Of a DNA stretch of 64,000 bases, positions 13,601-24,618 are shown one piece after another. Origin of the DNA: Macrostomum lignano (taxonomy: Eukaryota). Within the stretch, counting starts at the first letter, position 1. Every line of letters starts with the position of its first letter. A model generated the notes under the pieces. It saw only the letters and a program-made list of their open reading frames with translations. It searched no databases and was not told the origin of the DNA. Location of the stretch: positions 51,160-115,159 of the forward strand of contig NIVC01001383.1 of assembly GCA_002269645.1 (NCBI GenBank), in the 5' to 3' direction. A program made the translations under genes and the position numbers.

Positions 13601-14925
13601 GACCGCCCAGTCAATCCCGGACGGTCCCAAGATCATTGGTAACGTGTACATTCATCCGACCGCTACTGTGAGCCCCACAGCCGTGCTCGGTCCCAACGTG
13701 TCCGTCGAACGATTCGTAACCATTGGCAACGGGGCTCGGGTTCGCGAATCGATTCTGCTTCAAGGCGCCGTAGTGCGCGACCACGCCTGCGTGTTATTCG
13801 CCGTGCTGGGCTCCAGTGCTACGATTGGCGAATGGACCCGGGTTGAAGGCACGCCAACCGATCCGAATCCCAACAAGCCGTTTGCTAAAATTGAAACGAA
13901 AGATTTGTTTAATGAGAAGGGCCAGCTGAATCCGTCATGCACTGTCATTGGTGAGTAGAGGAGGGAAGGTTTTTGAAATCGAAAGTACGTTTTTTATATA
14001 TGTGGTAATACTGCTCATTAAGTAGATAAAGCATTCCTTCCTAATTTACTTCGAAAAGTTGCTTCGCTAAAAAATCTGTAATACGTGATTCGTAATAAAT
14101 CCCCTCTCCGGCCACCTCCCCGGCCATCCCCTCCAACCACCTCCCCGGCCATCCTCTCCAACCACCTCCCCGGCCATCCCCCCAACCACCTCTCTGGCCA
14201 TCCCCTCCAACCACCTCCCCGGCCATCCCCTCCAACCACCTCTCCGGCCATCCCCTCCAACCACCTCTCCGGCCATCCCCTCCAACCACTTCCCCGGCCA
14301 TCCCCTCCAACCACCTCTCCGGCCATCCCCTCCAACCACCTTCCTGGCCATCCCCTCCAACCACCTCTCTGGCCATCCCCTCCAACCACCTCCCCGGCCA
14401 TCCCCTCCAACCACCTCTCCGGCCATCCCCTCCAACCACCTCCCTGGCCATCCCCTCCAACCACTTCCCCGGCCATCCCCTCCAACCACCTCTCTGGCCA
14501 TCCCCTCCAACCACCTCCCCGGCCATCCCCTCCAACCACCTCTCTGGCCATCCCCTCCAACCACCTCTCTGGCCATCCCCTCCAACCACCTCTCTGGCCA
14601 TCCCCTCCAACCACCTCCCCGGCCATCCCCTCCAACCACCTCTCTGGCCATCCCCTCCAACCACCTCTCCGGCCATCCCCTCCAACCACCTCCCCGGCCA
14701 TCCTCTCCAACCACCTCCCCGGCCACCCCCTCTCCAACCTATCCTATCCGGCCCTTCAGTGTATCGCTGCTGATATTTTATGAGAATATCACATTAATTT
14801 TATCAATATGAATTTTCACTTCAGGCTCGCACGTGTCCGTGGCACCGGAGACAATAGTTCGCAATTCCATTGTCCTGCCGCACAAAGAGTTGGATCGCAG
14901 CTACAGAAACCAAATTATCCTGTGA
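1686..14925 (+). CDS. GMPPA: Mannose-1-phosphate guanyltransferase alpha, 3' part; exons 1686..1816, 1920..2048, 13535..13950, 14825..14925 (5' exons lie upstream of the window)
   Basis: All introns are GT-AG with matching phases (2, 2, 1). The translation contains [26 protein letters not shown]|AAIYANR, hexapeptide repeats, [20 protein letters not shown] and ends [20 protein letters not shown], matching the conserved GMPPA C-terminus. Confidence 0.93.
2150..3400. repeat. 29/30-bp minisatellite (GTTCTCTTCCCGAACTTTACCACCTACTCA)n in GMPPA intron
   Basis: Direct periodicity with three interleaved variants (GAACT, GAAGT, GGAT); explains ORF 2049..3494. Confidence 0.96.
3828..11272 (-). CDS. Uncharacterised ~1870-aa coiled-coil protein with 32-residue tandem repeats, nested antisense in a GMPPA intron; exons 11272..11129, 10852..10802, 9574..9489, 9159..3828
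   Basis: ATG at 11272; GT-AG junctions in phases 0, 0, 2 join into the 5.3-kb open last exon. The protein is E/Q/K/L/A-rich with heptad-like character. An alternative in-frame acceptor lies at 9171 and a 5'UTR donor at about 11557. Confidence 0.8.
5530..6300 (-). repeat. Eight near-identical 96-bp coding repeats ([32 protein letters not shown]) inside a longer degenerate 32-aa array
   Basis: CTCTTAAGCT recurs at 5581, 5677, ... 6253 (period 96). Confidence 0.95.
9780..10720. repeat. Degenerate tandem repeat region with a 28-bp core array (CATGAGTCTTGACATTTCAAAACTCACC) at about 10100..10320
   Basis: The GAGCCTTGACATCTCAGCAA motif recurs throughout; the 28-bp period is clean in the centre. 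Confidence 0.8.
12322..12784. mobile_element. 463-bp MITE with ~165-bp terminal inverted repeats (CATGGATGAAGGAATAGAAA...) and an 8-bp target-site duplication
   Basis: 12322..~12488 is the reverse complement of ~12620..12784 with few mismatches; flanks are AGTTGATT and GGTTGATT (7/8 identical). Confidence 0.85.
14097..14740. repeat. 25-bp minisatellite (CTCCCCGGCCATCCCCTCCAACCAC)n in the last GMPPA intron
   Basis: Direct periodicity; explains four overlapping ORFs in 14018..14783. Confidence 0.96.
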
Positions 14926-15544
14926 TTCTTCAAATTGTACTAGCTACTGTACAAGCTATGGTGTCAGTTCAGCTTGACTTGAGAAATATTCGAAACTTCA
15001 TTTAAATTTAGGCCTTCTACCCACGCACTTTGTTAGTTTTTTCCCTACTCTCGTGGCATGCTATTTAGAGCAATTATGGCAATGATTATTTTGAGAGAAA
15101 ATTCAGTTTTATTCTGACACCTGTATGCGCGCGCCAGCTCTTCAATAATTATAATAAATTGCATTCTGTTTCTTTTGTCTAATTTATAGTGCGCACAAGG
15201 TAGGTTTATCATTTTAACTTTGTGAAAAATTCTGTGACTATTAGCTGTTTTATTTTTCTTCATATTGTAATTTAGCCTACTCTGACTCTGCACACACCGA
15301 ATTGTGTTCCATTATAGAATTCACCAATTCATTAAAATCTTCCTAATTAATACACGCGACGGGGTATACGAGTTAGACAATCATTAACTAAACGTTCCAT
15401 CTCTCAGTTTTCCATCTGACATACGAGTTGATCATTAATTACTCATATCATTACCGGTTTAGTGATAGATTTTGCCAAACAGTTTTGTTCTCTGTTCAGT
15501 TTTTTTATAAGGTATGTGTCATCATCTAATTTAGGCTTGGAAAG

Positions 15545-15830
15545 CTGCTAAGGGGTTAGAGCGTCGAACTCACGACTGAAAGGTCGGGGGTTCGATTCCC
15601 GATCCCACTCGGAACAGTTTTTGTCCCTGAGCAAGACACTTAACTCTGCATTGCTTCAGTTCACCCCGCTGTTAAATGGGTGCCAGCATTAGCTGGGGTA
15701 ATTGAGGATGCGCGTGGCGACCCCCCAGTCCTTGGACTGAACAGCCGTACGCAGCCTTCAGATGCGCCGCGCAATAGCTGCGGCTGAGCTGTCGGTTGCA
15801 CATCTGCACATAATATTGTATTATTACTAC
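15545..15830 (+). mobile_element. tRNA-derived SINE with a CORE-like central domain
   Basis: Pol III box A-like GGTTAGAGCG (~15554), box B GGTTCGATTCC (15589-15599), then CCCTGAGCAAGACACTTAACTC...GCTGTTAAATGGG resembling the CORE-SINE domain, and an AT-rich tail. No tRNA acceptor stem. Confidence 0.65.
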
Positions 15831-15922
15831 TGAACTAGCAGTAGTGCATTGAGAGCAAGTCGCGAGCGAGCAGAGGAAATATTCGGGATCGCATACAAGA
15901 GGCATCCCAATCCCCCTTGCAG

Positions 15923-17242
15923 GACGTGCAGATCAGCGTGCAGCCCGACTGGCCTTTGTCGCTGGCTGACGATGCGCCAATTTGGATCAACGTTCGCCAG
16001 CGTCGGCGGCCTGCAGACAGCGGTGGCGGCGGCAGCGGCAGCAGCCGGACCTTCCGAGCTCGAATTTCTCCGCTCCGAACGCCCGCCTCGGCGCCGCAGG
16101 TGACGGCCGAAGTCGCGGACCAGCAGGATGGAGATGGGGAGACGGCTACGGTGAAGCTGACACTCAGCCTGCTGGAGCCGGGTCGCCTGTGCGTGCGCTA
16201 CGCCTTCGGTGAGGCCGTCCACTTGGCAACGTTCCAATCGCCGCAAACTACTCTAGACGGGCTCCATCAGGGCAAGGCCGTCAACAGCATCGATGTTACG
16301 CCTGGCGGCATCGGCGTCTCCTCAGACGCAGCCGGCCGGCTCCTCGTGTGGGACTCGGCCACCGGCGAGCCGCGGCGCCGGCTGGAGGGTCACACAGGTG
16401 ACGTGTACACCTGCCGGTTCTTCCCTTCGGGCATTGTTGCTATGAGCGGCGGCGCCGACTGCCGCATCCGCGTTTGGGCCTGCGACACCGGCGCCTGCGC
16501 CGCCGTCATTGTCGGGCACGTCGGCGGCGTAGTCGGCCTGGCGCCAATCGAACGCGGCCGAAATCTGGTGTCGGCTGGTCGAGACGGCGTCGTACGACTC
16601 TGGGATGTCGGCCAGCAGCGGTGCCTCGCCAGCTACGGGGAGGCGGCCAGCCCGCCAGATCCCGTCAACAGCCTGTGCCTTGTGACGCCTGGGCCGCAGC
16701 TGTTGCCGGCAGAGGCGGCGCCGGCGTCCGACCGGGAGATCGGCACGGCCGGCAAAGCGGCCCTGGCCGGGCACGAGTCCGGTTGGCTGGTCTGCTACGG
16801 CCTGGCTGGCCAGCGGCGCGCCGTCTGGCGGAGTCACCAGCCGTCGGCTGTGAATTTTGTCTGCTCGGCGCCGACGCCTGACGCCGCGCTGGCCGCCGTT
16901 GGATGCGCCGACGGCCGCCTGCTGGCGCTGCGATTCAACCGGCTACAGACGACGTCAGAGTCTCTCGAAGAAGTCGCCGACGTTGATCATGTGGGCGAGG
17001 AGCAGCGGCTGCTGATGCTGGGCCCCCTGCTGTGCGGCGTCTTCCTGCGCCGACCCGACCGGTTGGCCGTTGGCGCCCAGAATGGCGCCTGCGCGCTACT
17101 TAGCCTGGCGCCTAGCCAGCAGCCGGAGATTTTGATGCAGCTGACTGGGCCGGACTGCGATCCGGTCTACTGCCTGGCCTGGGACGCTTCCCATCTCTAC
17201 ACCGGGTGCAGGGACGGGCGAGTGAGGAAGTACCGCTGCTAG
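15923..17242 (+). CDS. PAAF1: Proteasomal ATPase-associated factor 1 (WD40), single coding exon; initiator codon not present in the genome
   Basis: ISVQPDW N-terminus, LEGHTGDVYTCRFFPSG, RGRNLVSAGRDG, SDREIGT and the C-terminus LTGPDCDPVY..LYTGCRDGRVRKY match PAAF1/WDR71. The frame starts at acceptor CCCTTGCAG|GAC. Confidence 0.9.
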   Translation, partial: DVQISVQPDWPLSLADDAPIWINVRQRRRPADSGGGGSGSSRTFRARISPLRTPASAPQVTAEVADQQDGDGETATVKLTLSLLEPGRLCVRYAFGEAVHLATFQSPQTTLDGLHQGKAVNSIDVTPGGIGVSSDAAGRLLVWDSATGEPRRRLEGHTGDVYTCRFFPSGIVAMSGGADCRIRVWACDTGACAAVIVGHVGGVVGLAPIERGRNLVSAGRDGVVRLWDVGQQRCLASYGEAASPPDPVNSLCLVTPGPQLLPAEAAPASDREIGTAGKAALAGHESGWLVCYGLAGQRRAVWRSHQPSAVNFVCSAPTPDAALAAVGCADGRLLALRFNRLQTTSESLEEVADVDHVGEEQRLLMLGPLLCGVFLRRPDRLAVGAQNGACALLSLAPSQQPEILMQLTGPDCDPVYCLAWDASHLYTGCRDGRVRKYRC

Positions 17243-17411
17243 CTAACTGGACGAATTTTCTGCTTTTAAGTGTCTTGGTTGCCGCTAGCTAGGAATACCA
17301 AAGGTTAATGGTAACGACGATAAACGATAGGCGTTTCTTTAAGACCTAATATACATGTAATTGAGTTTTTATAATACGAGCGTAATTGAGCCTTATGAGT
17401 TTTTAGGATTA

Positions 17412-17862
17412 GAGATTGTGAAGCTTAGGGATTGTGAAGCTTGGGGATTGTGAAGATTGGGGATTGTGAAGCTTGGGGATTGTGAAGCTTGGGGATTGTG
17501 AAGCTTAGGGATTGTGAAGCTTGGGGATTGTGAAGCTTGGGGATTGTGAAGCTTAGGGATTGTAAAGCTTGGGATTGTGAAGCTTGGGGATTGTGGTGTA
17601 GGGATTGTGAAACTTGGGGGGGATTGTGAAGCTTGGGGATTGTGAAGCTTAGGGATTGTAAAGCTTGGGATTGTGAAGCTTGGGGATTGTGAAGCTTAGG
17701 GATTGTAAAGCTTGGGATTGTGAAGCTTGGGATTGTGAAGCTTGGGGATTGTGGTGTAGGGATTGTGAAACTTGGGGGGGGGATTGTGAAGCTTGGGGAC
17801 TGTGAAGCTTGGGGATTGTGAAGCTTGGGGATTGTGAAGCTTGGGGATTGTGAAGTTTAGGG
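17412..17862. repeat. 16-bp minisatellite (ATTGTGAAGCTTGGGG)n
   Basis: Direct periodicity, intergenic between the convergent PAAF1 and CTH genes. Confidence 0.93.
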
Positions 17863-18852
17863 TTTGTAAAAATTTTTGTTTAAATTTAGAAATTTAATGC
17901 TTTTTAAGGCTTTGGGAAGTTCTAGGCCTTGTCAATCTTCTGCCCAGACAGTCGAAATCCAATTTCCCTTCATAATTCACTGTCACAAGAGGGCCCGCGT
18001 AAATCAAATACTTGGTATTTTCCAAGATTAGAGCTCGCATATTCATTTTAATCATAACTATTCATAGTTCTCGTTCACTGTGCCTGCATTTTCTAATAAT
18101 TTTCTTTATTTACCTTTTAATTGTACTCTTTAGAAATTGCTGCTTTAAATAAATGAACAATTATCAAAATACAAGCCTTCAACCTTTTGCAGCACTATGC
18201 AGCAAAGTCCTATATTGAAGATTAAATATGCATTTTACTTTTATATGAATTGTCCTACGCGAGCTTTAGTCAGCAAAAAAAGCTTAAAAGAAGTAACCTA
18301 ATGAGAGAAAAAATCACCGATATCAGATTGCCTGCAGCTAACAGAGACGCTGGCTGCCGATGGATAAGCGGGAAATAAAATCGAAGCACACTCCTGCAAA
18401 ACAAGTAAAACAGACAAAAAGCCACCGATATTGGGGGTTGAACAGAGTAAAAACTACAATATACTGCAGATATACGATGGTGGTGTCCTGCGAAATATAC
18501 CACGACTGGTGCTATAATTTTCGACATAAGTCTCCAGCTTTCTCTCTAGACCTCTGCCACCGGCACCTCGTCCGTGACCCCCTTCCAGGCGGCGGTGTAT
18601 GAGACTGTTTATCAAAGCAGTTTTTTGACAAGAGCACCAGTCTATATATTTCGCCGGATAATTCTTTAATAACACCTATAATGAAAGGTAAATAATGAGG
18701 ATAAAAACTACATCAGGGAGAAAAAGGGTGCAATAAATTGGAGAATTTAAAACTAACCAAATATTATCCTATCAATATATATATATATATTTTTGTTTTA
18801 TTGAGACGTACCAAATTTGGCACCAAATTGAAACGTCATTCCTACAAGTTTT

Positions 18853-21800
18853 TCACTGGCCATTCTTCGACGTCCTGCGCCGCTTTGCATCGGACGCAGC
18901 TCCGCCGTCGTCGCCAGTCGCCGGTTTAGCGGCCTTCTCCAACGCCTGGTCCAAATCGGCCAGCAAATCGTCAATGTCTTCCAGGCCGACAGACAGCCGG
19001 ACAAACGAGTCCGTGATGCCCAGCTCGGCCCGCTGGTCGGGCGGCACGGAGGCGTGAGTCATTATTGACGGCACTTCGGCCAGAGATTCGAAGCCGCCAA
19101 GCGACTCGGCCAGGGTGAACAGGCTCAGAGCGGAGACGAAAGCGGACGCGTCGACGCGTAGATAAGCGGACACCATGCCGGAGTAGCCGCGCTGCTGACG
19201 CTTGGCCAGCTGGTGCTGCGGATGCGACTCCAGGCCGGGGTGCAGCACCCGGTCAACGTGCCGACTGGCCTCCAGATGGCGGGCCACGGCCAGCCCGTTG
19301 GCCATGTGCTGTCGCATTCGCAGCGGCAAAGTGCGCAGGCCGCGATGCGCCAGCCAGCAGTCGAATGGCGACGGCGTGGCGCCCGCAGACTTCTGGTTGT
19401 AGGTGAGCCACTCGTGCAGCTGGGCGCTGTTCGTCATGCAGCAGCCCATCACTACATCACTGTGGCCTGAGTTGGGATTGTCGGGAATACAGCTAGGATT
19501 AACGAGAATACAGCTGGGATTAACGGGAATGCAGCTGGGATTAACGAGAATACAGCTGGGATTAACGGGAGTACAGCTGGTATTAACGGGAATACAGCTG
19601 GGATTAACGGGAATACAGCTGGGATTAACGAGAATACAGCTGGGATTAACGGGAATGCAGCTGGGATTAACGAGAATACAGCTGGTATTACCGGGAATAC
19701 AGCTGGGATTAACGTGAATACAGCTGGGATTAACGAGAATACAGATGGGATTAACTGGAGTACAGCTGGTATTAACGGGAATACAGCTGGGATTAACGAG
19801 AATACAGCTGGTATTAACGAGAATACAGCTGGGATTAACGGGAATACAGCTGGGATTAACGGGAATACAGCTGGGATTAACGGGAATGCAGCTGGGATTA
19901 ACGAGAATACAGCTGGTATTAACGGGAATACAGCTGGGATTAACGGGAATACAGCTGGGATTAACGGGAATACAGCTGGTATTAACGAGAATACAGCTGG
20001 GATTAACGTGAATACAGCTGGGATTAACGGAAATGCAGCTGGGATTAACGAGAATACAGCTGGGATTAACAGGAATACAGCTGGGATTAACGGGAATACA
20101 ACTGGGATTAACGGGAATATAGCTGAGATTAACGAGAATACAGCTGGGATTAACGGGAGTACAGCTGGTATTAACGGGAATACAGCTGGGATTAACGAGA
20201 ATACAGATGGGATTAACTGGAGTACAGCTGGTATTAACGGGAATACAGCTGGGATTAACGAGAATACAGCTGGTATTAACGAGAATACAGCTGGGATTAA
20301 CGGGAATACAGCTGGGATTAACGGGAATACAGCTGGGATTAACGGGAATGCAGCTGGGATTAACGAGAATACAGCTGGTATTAACGGGAATACAGCTGGG
20401 ATTAACGGGAATACAGCTGGGATTAACGGGAATACAGCTGGTATTAACGAGAATACAGCTGGGATTAACGTGAATACAGCTGGGATTAACGGAAATGCAG
20501 CTGGGATTAACGAGAATACAGCTGGGATTAACAGGAATACAGCTGGGATTAACGGGAATACAACTGGGATTAACGGGAATATAGCTGAGATTAACGAGAA
20601 TACAGCTGGGATTAACGGGAGTACAGCTGGTATTAACGGGAATACAGTTGGGATTAACGGGAATACAGCTAGGATTAACGGGAATGCAGCTGGGGTTAAC
20701 GAAAAATACAGCTGGGATTAACGAGAATACAGCTGGGATTAACAGGAATACAGCTGGGATTAACGGGAATACAACTGGGATTAACGGGAATATAGCTGAG
20801 ATTAACGAGAATACAGCTGGGATTAACGGGAGTACAGCTGGTATTAACGGGAATACAGTTGGGATTAACGGGAATACAGCTAGGATTAACGGGAATGCAG
20901 CTGGGGTTAACGAAAAATACAGCTGGGATTAACGAGAATACAGCTGGGATTAACAGGAATACAGCTGGGATTAACGGGAATACAACTGGGATTAACGGGA
21001 ATATAGCTGAGATTAACGAGAATACAGCTGGGATTAACGGGAGTACAGCTGGTATTAACGGGAATACAGTTGGGATTAACGGGAATACAGCTAGGATTAA
21101 CGGGAATGCAGCTGGGGTTAACGAAAAATACAGCTGGGATTAACGGGAGTACAGCTGGTATTAACGGGAATACAGTTGGGATTAACGGGAATACAGCTGG
21201 GATTAACGGGAATACAGCTGGTATTAACGAGAATACAGCTGGGATTAACGAGAATACAGCTGGGATTAACGGGAACACAGCTGGGATTAACGAGAATACA
21301 GCTGGTATTAACGAGAATACAGCTGGGATTAACGGGAATACAGCTGGGATTAACGGGAATGCAGCTGGGATTAACGAGAATACAGCTGGGATTAACGGGA
21401 ATACAGCCGGGATTAACGAGAATACAGCTGGTATTAACGGGAATACAGCTGGGATTAACGGGAATACAGCCGGGATTAACGAGAATACAGCCGGGATTAA
21501 CGAGAATACAGCTGGGATTAACGGGAATACAGCTAGGATTAACGAGAATACAGCTGGGATTAACGGGAATACAACTGGGATTAACGGGAATATAGCTAGG
21601 ATTAACGGGAATGCAGCTGGGATTAACGAGAATACAGCTGGGATTAACGGGAATACAGCTGGGATTAACGGGAATACAACTGGGATTAACGAGAATACAG
21701 CTGGGATTAACGGGAGTACAGCTGGTATTAACGGGAATACATCTGGGATTAACGGGAATACAGCTGGGATTAACGGGAATACAGCTGGGATTAACGAGAA

Positions 21801-23644
21801 TACAGCTGGGATTAACGGGAATACAACTGGGATTAACAGGAATACAGCTGGGATTAACGGGAATACAGCAAGGATTAGCGGGAATTCAGCTAGGATTAAC
21901 GAGAATACAGCTAGGGCTAGGATTAACGGGAACGAGTTTCAAACCTACATGTACGGAATCGAACCTGGGAATCTTCACTGACACTAGGGCCTATCACGCG
22001 TAGGAGTCATATGCAATAATTTATCTTGCTACTATACTCACCATTAATGTACTTGGTCATCGAGTGCATGACAACGTCTGCGCCGAGTTCCAATGGACGC
22101 TTAAATAGTAAATATTTATTAAATCTATAGAATCGCTGAAGGTACAGAAATCGAAAATATTCAAGTAATTATTTCTACCTGAAACACTGGCGATAAGAAT
22201 GTGTTGTCGCACACCACTAGAATATCCTTGTTTACTTTTTTAACTGCTTCGGAAACTGCTCGAACATCAATCAGCTTCATCAACGGATTAGTTGGCGTCT
22301 CAATCCAAACCATGCGAACAGCCGAGTCGCTTTGCAAGCATTTGGCTAGGCCCGGCAAGTCGGTGGCCAGGTTAACGAAGTGTGTTTTGATGCCAGCATT
22401 GGATGATATGGTGCGGAAATACCGGTTGGTACCTGTAATTCAGCCAGAGTATCGACTATTTATTTAAAAGCAATAAATTTTGTTAAGAGCTTAATTTAGT
22501 CAAGCTTAATATTATATTCGCCCGTCAATAAACCCAGCCAAGAAAAGTCTCAAAAATGTCCACCCGAAAGAGGTAGTACTAACTAGATGACGATGCATTA
22601 CGCCTTATTAATACGGTTATAGTTACTCCTGCCGTTTACCCAAAATTACGTTAATTTTGCTTGAGCTTTTTTCTTAGGTAAGTTGCATTTTTGGTCAAAA
22701 AGTACGTCGCACACGCACAGCCAGTGTAAATCATAGGGGGGGGGGGTTGCGCATGTATGCATAATGGGTAAACAGTAGAGGTAACTGTAAAGCCATCTTA
22801 TTAGCTGAATTAACTTACCACCATACACATCATCATTGCAGATGACACTGTCTCCAGACTTGAGTTGCTGAACAAGCGCTGATTGGACAGCCAGACCGCT
22901 ACTAAATGCAGCAGCAAATCTGGCACCTTCCAAGGTGGCGAGGGCTTTTTCTAAGAAATCACGCGTTGGATTACCAGCCCGAGAGTAGTCAAATCCCTGA
23001 TATGGAAAACAGTTTATGAAATGTTTCTTTTTAGCTACTCTAAATAAATTGAATGTTACTACTATTGGTTATCCTAGTTACTACATAGTGGATAGGTAAA
23101 AAGACTAAGGATGAATCTTTTAGCCTCATGGGAATAGTTTTAAAGAACAAGATAATATATATTTAGTCTCTTTATTACTAATTGCTAATATAATATAAAC
23201 TGTTGGACTTCTGCCTATAATTTTTTTCTCTTAGAAAAGAAATGCATATAACTCATTCTAAAATGAAATTCTGATAGCTAATAGAAATATTTTCTTCATG
23301 ATTGCATTGTGATTTATTATTTAATAATACAATTATAGCTTAGTATAACTTTAATTAATATACATTATAACAATTATACATACATCTATACTTTGGGCTA
23401 TCTTTTTCTGTGCTACCACGAGTACATTTTCATTCAGGTAGGACTAAATGCATTGATTTTATGAAAAACTCACAAAATGTTCTCCAGGTGCCTTCTGGTA
23501 GAATGTTGTTGAAAGTGAGATTGGTGGAATGGCAGGGCAACTTAATGACTCGTGCTCTCTGGGATTGTAACCAGCATGAGTAGCTAAAGTATCGATACCC
23601 TTAAATGGCTCAAAGCCACTATCTTTCTGTATGTTTTGGCTCAT
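18853..23644 (-). CDS. CTH: Cystathionine gamma-lyase, 424 aa; exons 23644..23474, 22996..22819, 22432..22179, 22099..22042, 19466..18853
   Basis: GT-AG introns in phases 0, 1, 0, 1. Motifs: PPISLSTTFYQ, YSRAGNPTR, AFSSGLA, DDVYGGTNRY, WIETPTNP, DNTFLSP, the PLP-lysine motif HSMTKYINGHSDV, LAESLGGFESL and RLSVGLED. Confidence 0.95.
19480..21925. repeat. 21-bp minisatellite (AATACAGCTGGGATTAACGGG)n, ~115 copies, in CTH intron 4
   Basis: Direct periodicity with higher-order blocks of 462 and 211 bp. Confidence 0.97.
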
Positions 23645-24618
23645 TGTTCTCGATAGTTTATTTTGTAAGTTGAAATTGTTTAATAGAACTGATGATTTGA
23701 AATTTAATGAAGAACGATGTATAATTCTAGAAAAAATACTAGTAGAACTGGATAATTTTAAGAAATACAGTTTTGAGTGCAATTTTTTGTTATACAATGT
23801 TACAGTATTCCTTCGTAGTCGGCACCTGCTGGTAAAGTGAAATTTGTAGTGTTTGAACAGTTAAACTTAACTATTGAAGAGCTAAGCCCGATACTATATA
23901 AAATGGACGAAACTTGGCATATTGAAATTGGAATTATTTGGTAAATAGAACAAAAAATTTTTGATGCAATGCATAATAAAAACTTTTCGTAGCTCTAAAA
24001 TTGTTTACCCATATAATTAGCAAAAAGATCAAAATTATTTTATTTGTTTTATTTACTTAATCTTTTACATGTTGTTTTAAATAATACGTACGGGCTTTTC
24101 TGTGAAATAGGTTACGGTTAGATTTTGATCCAAGCTGATCTTTACGTTAAATCTTTCATCGAGACCATCATTGAAATATACAGGTTTTTTCCACTGGTAT
24201 CGAGATTTTTTAGTCAACAGGAAAAATTATTTCTTCAGCTTTTATTGCCTGTGTATCGTTTTTTAGTCTAAGTTCTAAGTTCATTGCCATTGGCATTGGC
24301 CTATTTCAAAATTTACTTCAAATCATTGTAGCCCTACTATTAGTACTACTAATGCTAAATGATCTATGATCTAAAATATTGTCTTAGAGTTCTAGCATTG
24401 ATTTTTCAAATCAGTAGGCTTCATCAACTAGACTAATAGTAATATTATATTATTTTTATTATAATAATATAATATTTATAAAAAATGCATCACACACATC
24501 AGTTTAAGTTTGATCTAGGCCTGTTTTAGGCTAATCTCAAAAGTAGGCCCTAAAGTAAAGCTCCCTTTTAAAATTGTTTAAAAACCCAATAGACTACAAT
24601 CCTATAATATATTTTCAA

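Noticed and set aside
15545-15620. Intact tRNA gene
   Set aside because: Boxes A and B are present but there is no acceptor stem, and the sequence continues into a SINE-like body.
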